Below the pieces are notes generated by a model. It ran no database searches, was not told the DNA's origin, and saw only the letters and a list, made by a program, of their open reading frames with translations. From positions 68,735-132,734 of the forward strand of contig NW_013657619.1 in assembly GCF_000142905.1 (NCBI RefSeq): a stretch of DNA of 64,000 nucleotides, written 5' to 3'. The translations under genes and the position numbers were made by a program. Each line of letters starts with the position of its first letter. Position 1 is the first letter of the stretch. Positions 62,001-64,000 of this stretch are shown here, one piece after another. The stretch comes from Thecamonas trahens ATCC 50062 (Eukaryota; Protista; Apusomonadida).

Positions 62001-64000
62001 GCGCTGGCCGAAGCCCAACTTCGGGTGACGGCAGCCGAGGCCGAAGCTGAGGCGCTCCTTGCCCAACTTCGTGGACAGGCCGATGAGGCCGAAGCGCTCA
62101 ATGCTGCACTTGCAGCAGAGTGCACAGCTGCACGATCATCGCTCGCTGCTGCCGAAGCCGATCGCGACGCCGCGCTGGTCGAACTCGACGTCGTCCGCCG
62201 CGCCGCCGCTGATCGCGCGCATCGCGCCGCCGAACTCGATACCCGCATCGACGAGCTTGACTCCTCACTGAGTGCCGTTGCTCGCGCCGCGCGCGAAGGC
62301 TCGGCACTGCCGCATACCTCGGGCCATCACAACGGAAACGCTCTTGCTGAGGAGCGCGCAACACTGGTTGCCGAGCGCGACGCGGCGCGGGCCGAGGCAG
62401 ACGCTGCGAGAGTCGAGGTTGAGTCCGCTACCGCACGGGTTGCCGAGCTCGAGGCGCAGGCCTCGCTTCGCGATGCACGGACCCAGGAGCTCGAGGCGCA
62501 AGCCTTGGTCGCCCTTGAGACGTCTCGTGCCCGTATTTCCGAACTCGAGGCGCTGACCCTCGAGACAAACGAGTTTAACGCAGCGCTTTCTGCAGAAGTT
62601 TCGGAGGCGCGCCATGCCGAGGCCGAGGCTATCTACGAGCGCGACCAAGCGCTGGCGCAGCTTGAAGCCCTTCATGTGACCGCGCGGGCGAGGGCGGAAC
62701 AGGCGGCGAAGCTCGATGAGCGGCTAGAGCTGCTTGACACGTCGATCAACACCCAGCTCATGACCGGCGCTGAGCTCGAGGCGGTCATCGCCGAGCGTGA
62801 CGGGGTGGCTACCGAGCGCGATGCCGCGCATGTCGCGCTCCGCTCTGCCCGTGCAGAGGTGAACGCCGCTCAGGCCCGCGCCGCCGAGCTTGATGCGCGC
62901 GCGCAAGCAATGGAGAGCGCTCACATGGCCAGCTCGGCTCGCGCTGATGAAATGCAGGCGCTTGCGGATGAAGCTGCTGCACTTAATGCCGCGCTTGCTG
63001 CTGAGCACAACGCCGCGGTCACAGCCCGTGCCGAGCTGGAGCACGAGCAGGCTGAGCTTACCGCTCGCGTCGCGGCTCTCTCGTCGGAGCGAAGCGACCT
63101 CCATGCGCGGCTAGAGAAGGCTGCCTCCGAGCGCGAGGCTCTTGTCGCGCAGCTCTCGGGCTCGCAGAGCCCTGTTCAGGCACTGAAGGCTGCAGAGGCT
63201 CAGATTGAGAAGCTCGAGAAGCAGCTCATTGCACCCGAGCAAGCGCTCGCCGATGCCCATGTGCTCTTGGCCGAGCAAGCGCAACGGCTGTGCACGCGTG
63301 ATGAAGAGCTTGCTACCGCGCACATGCGCGTCGGGGAGCTCGAGAGCCTACTTGCCGGTGCCAACACGCGTGTGACAGAGCTCCAGAGCGCACTAGAGTC
63401 ATCCACGCGACCCGAAAGACATAACCTCGACGACAATTCACTTGTTGTCGAGATGGAGAACACGCTGACAGGTGCACATGCCCGCATTGCTGAACTTCTG
63501 GCTGAGCGCGACGGCCTGACAGCTGCGTTGGCGAGACACGAGGCTCGGGCGCGCGAGCTTGAGTCGAAGGTTGCCAACCTCGACTCGTCGCTACACGAGG
63601 TCGCTGAGAATGCCGAGGACAAGGCGCGATCTGAGCTTGCTGACCTCAAGGCAGAGCGCGATGCTGCGGTTGCCGAGCTCGAATCTGTGCGCGCCCAGCT
63701 GGAGCGAGAGCATGCGCTCGGGGAGGAGAAGGTGCGGTCTGCAACAGTCGAAGTCGAGACGCTGCGAGCCGAGCTGGACGAAGCGTCGACGCTCAATGGG
63801 GCACTTGCGGTGGAAAACGCTCGGCTGGCTACGCTCGAAGCCGAGCGCGATAGCCTCGCGCAAGAGAACCAAGCGCTGTGTGAGCGTGTTGGCAAGCTCG
63901 CTGCGCTGCGCGACGATTCTGCCGCAGACGCGCGGAGCCACAAGTCGGAGGCTCTGGAGGCCTCCGCAGTTGCCATCGCTCGTCTCGAGGAGCGGCTTGC
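59056..64000 (+). CDS. Giant repetitive coiled-coil protein, 3'-partial; exons 59056-59069 and 59259->64000; frameshift at TTT 61929-61931
   Basis: Splicing GTACGT...TAG gives MASEE|MDAVLQK. The sequence is A/E/L/R-rich heptads. After 61931 another frame stays open to the window end with the same repeat motifs (DEAEALNAAL, R..ELD.SL, ERDAA). Confidence 0.85.

Overview
This is a GC-rich, gene-dense, intron-poor eukaryotic (protist) window with three assembly gaps (17235-17586, 22357-23230, 25076-25194). Composition, intron style and gene families would fit an apusomonad such as Thecamonas; that is an inference I have not verified. I can support about 24 protein-coding loci. Housekeeping or recognisable genes are EFL1/RIA1, SRPK, coproporphyrinogen oxidase, FAM161, a TMEM223-like protein, an extended SDR, IFT56/TTC26, a myosin light chain/CaM-like protein, DTWD1, HINT3 and a centrin-like protein. 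There are also two tandem and one broken multi-pass surface-receptor genes, a secreted C39-like peptidase and a giant coiled-coil protein. Several genes are split by single-base indels at homopolymer runs, probably sequencing errors. Four things stand out. (1) A ~2,480-aa chimera in which an intact soluble-adenylyl-cyclase module (two cyclase domains plus a STAND-type NTPase) appears inserted into a class I PI3K scaffold (ABD/linker...RBD-C2-helical-dead kinase), behind a CAP-Gly domain. (2) A voltage-sensor-like S1-S4+2TM module, of the type found in ciliate/apicomplexan channel-adenylyl cyclases, fused instead to a RasGEF. (3) An MTA9/AMT6-7-like inactive MT-A70 protein, hinting at ApT 6mA DNA methylation. 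(4) A catalytically dead histidine-ammonia-lyase-like domain missed by the ORF track. All domain calls come from reading motifs by eye, not from database searches.
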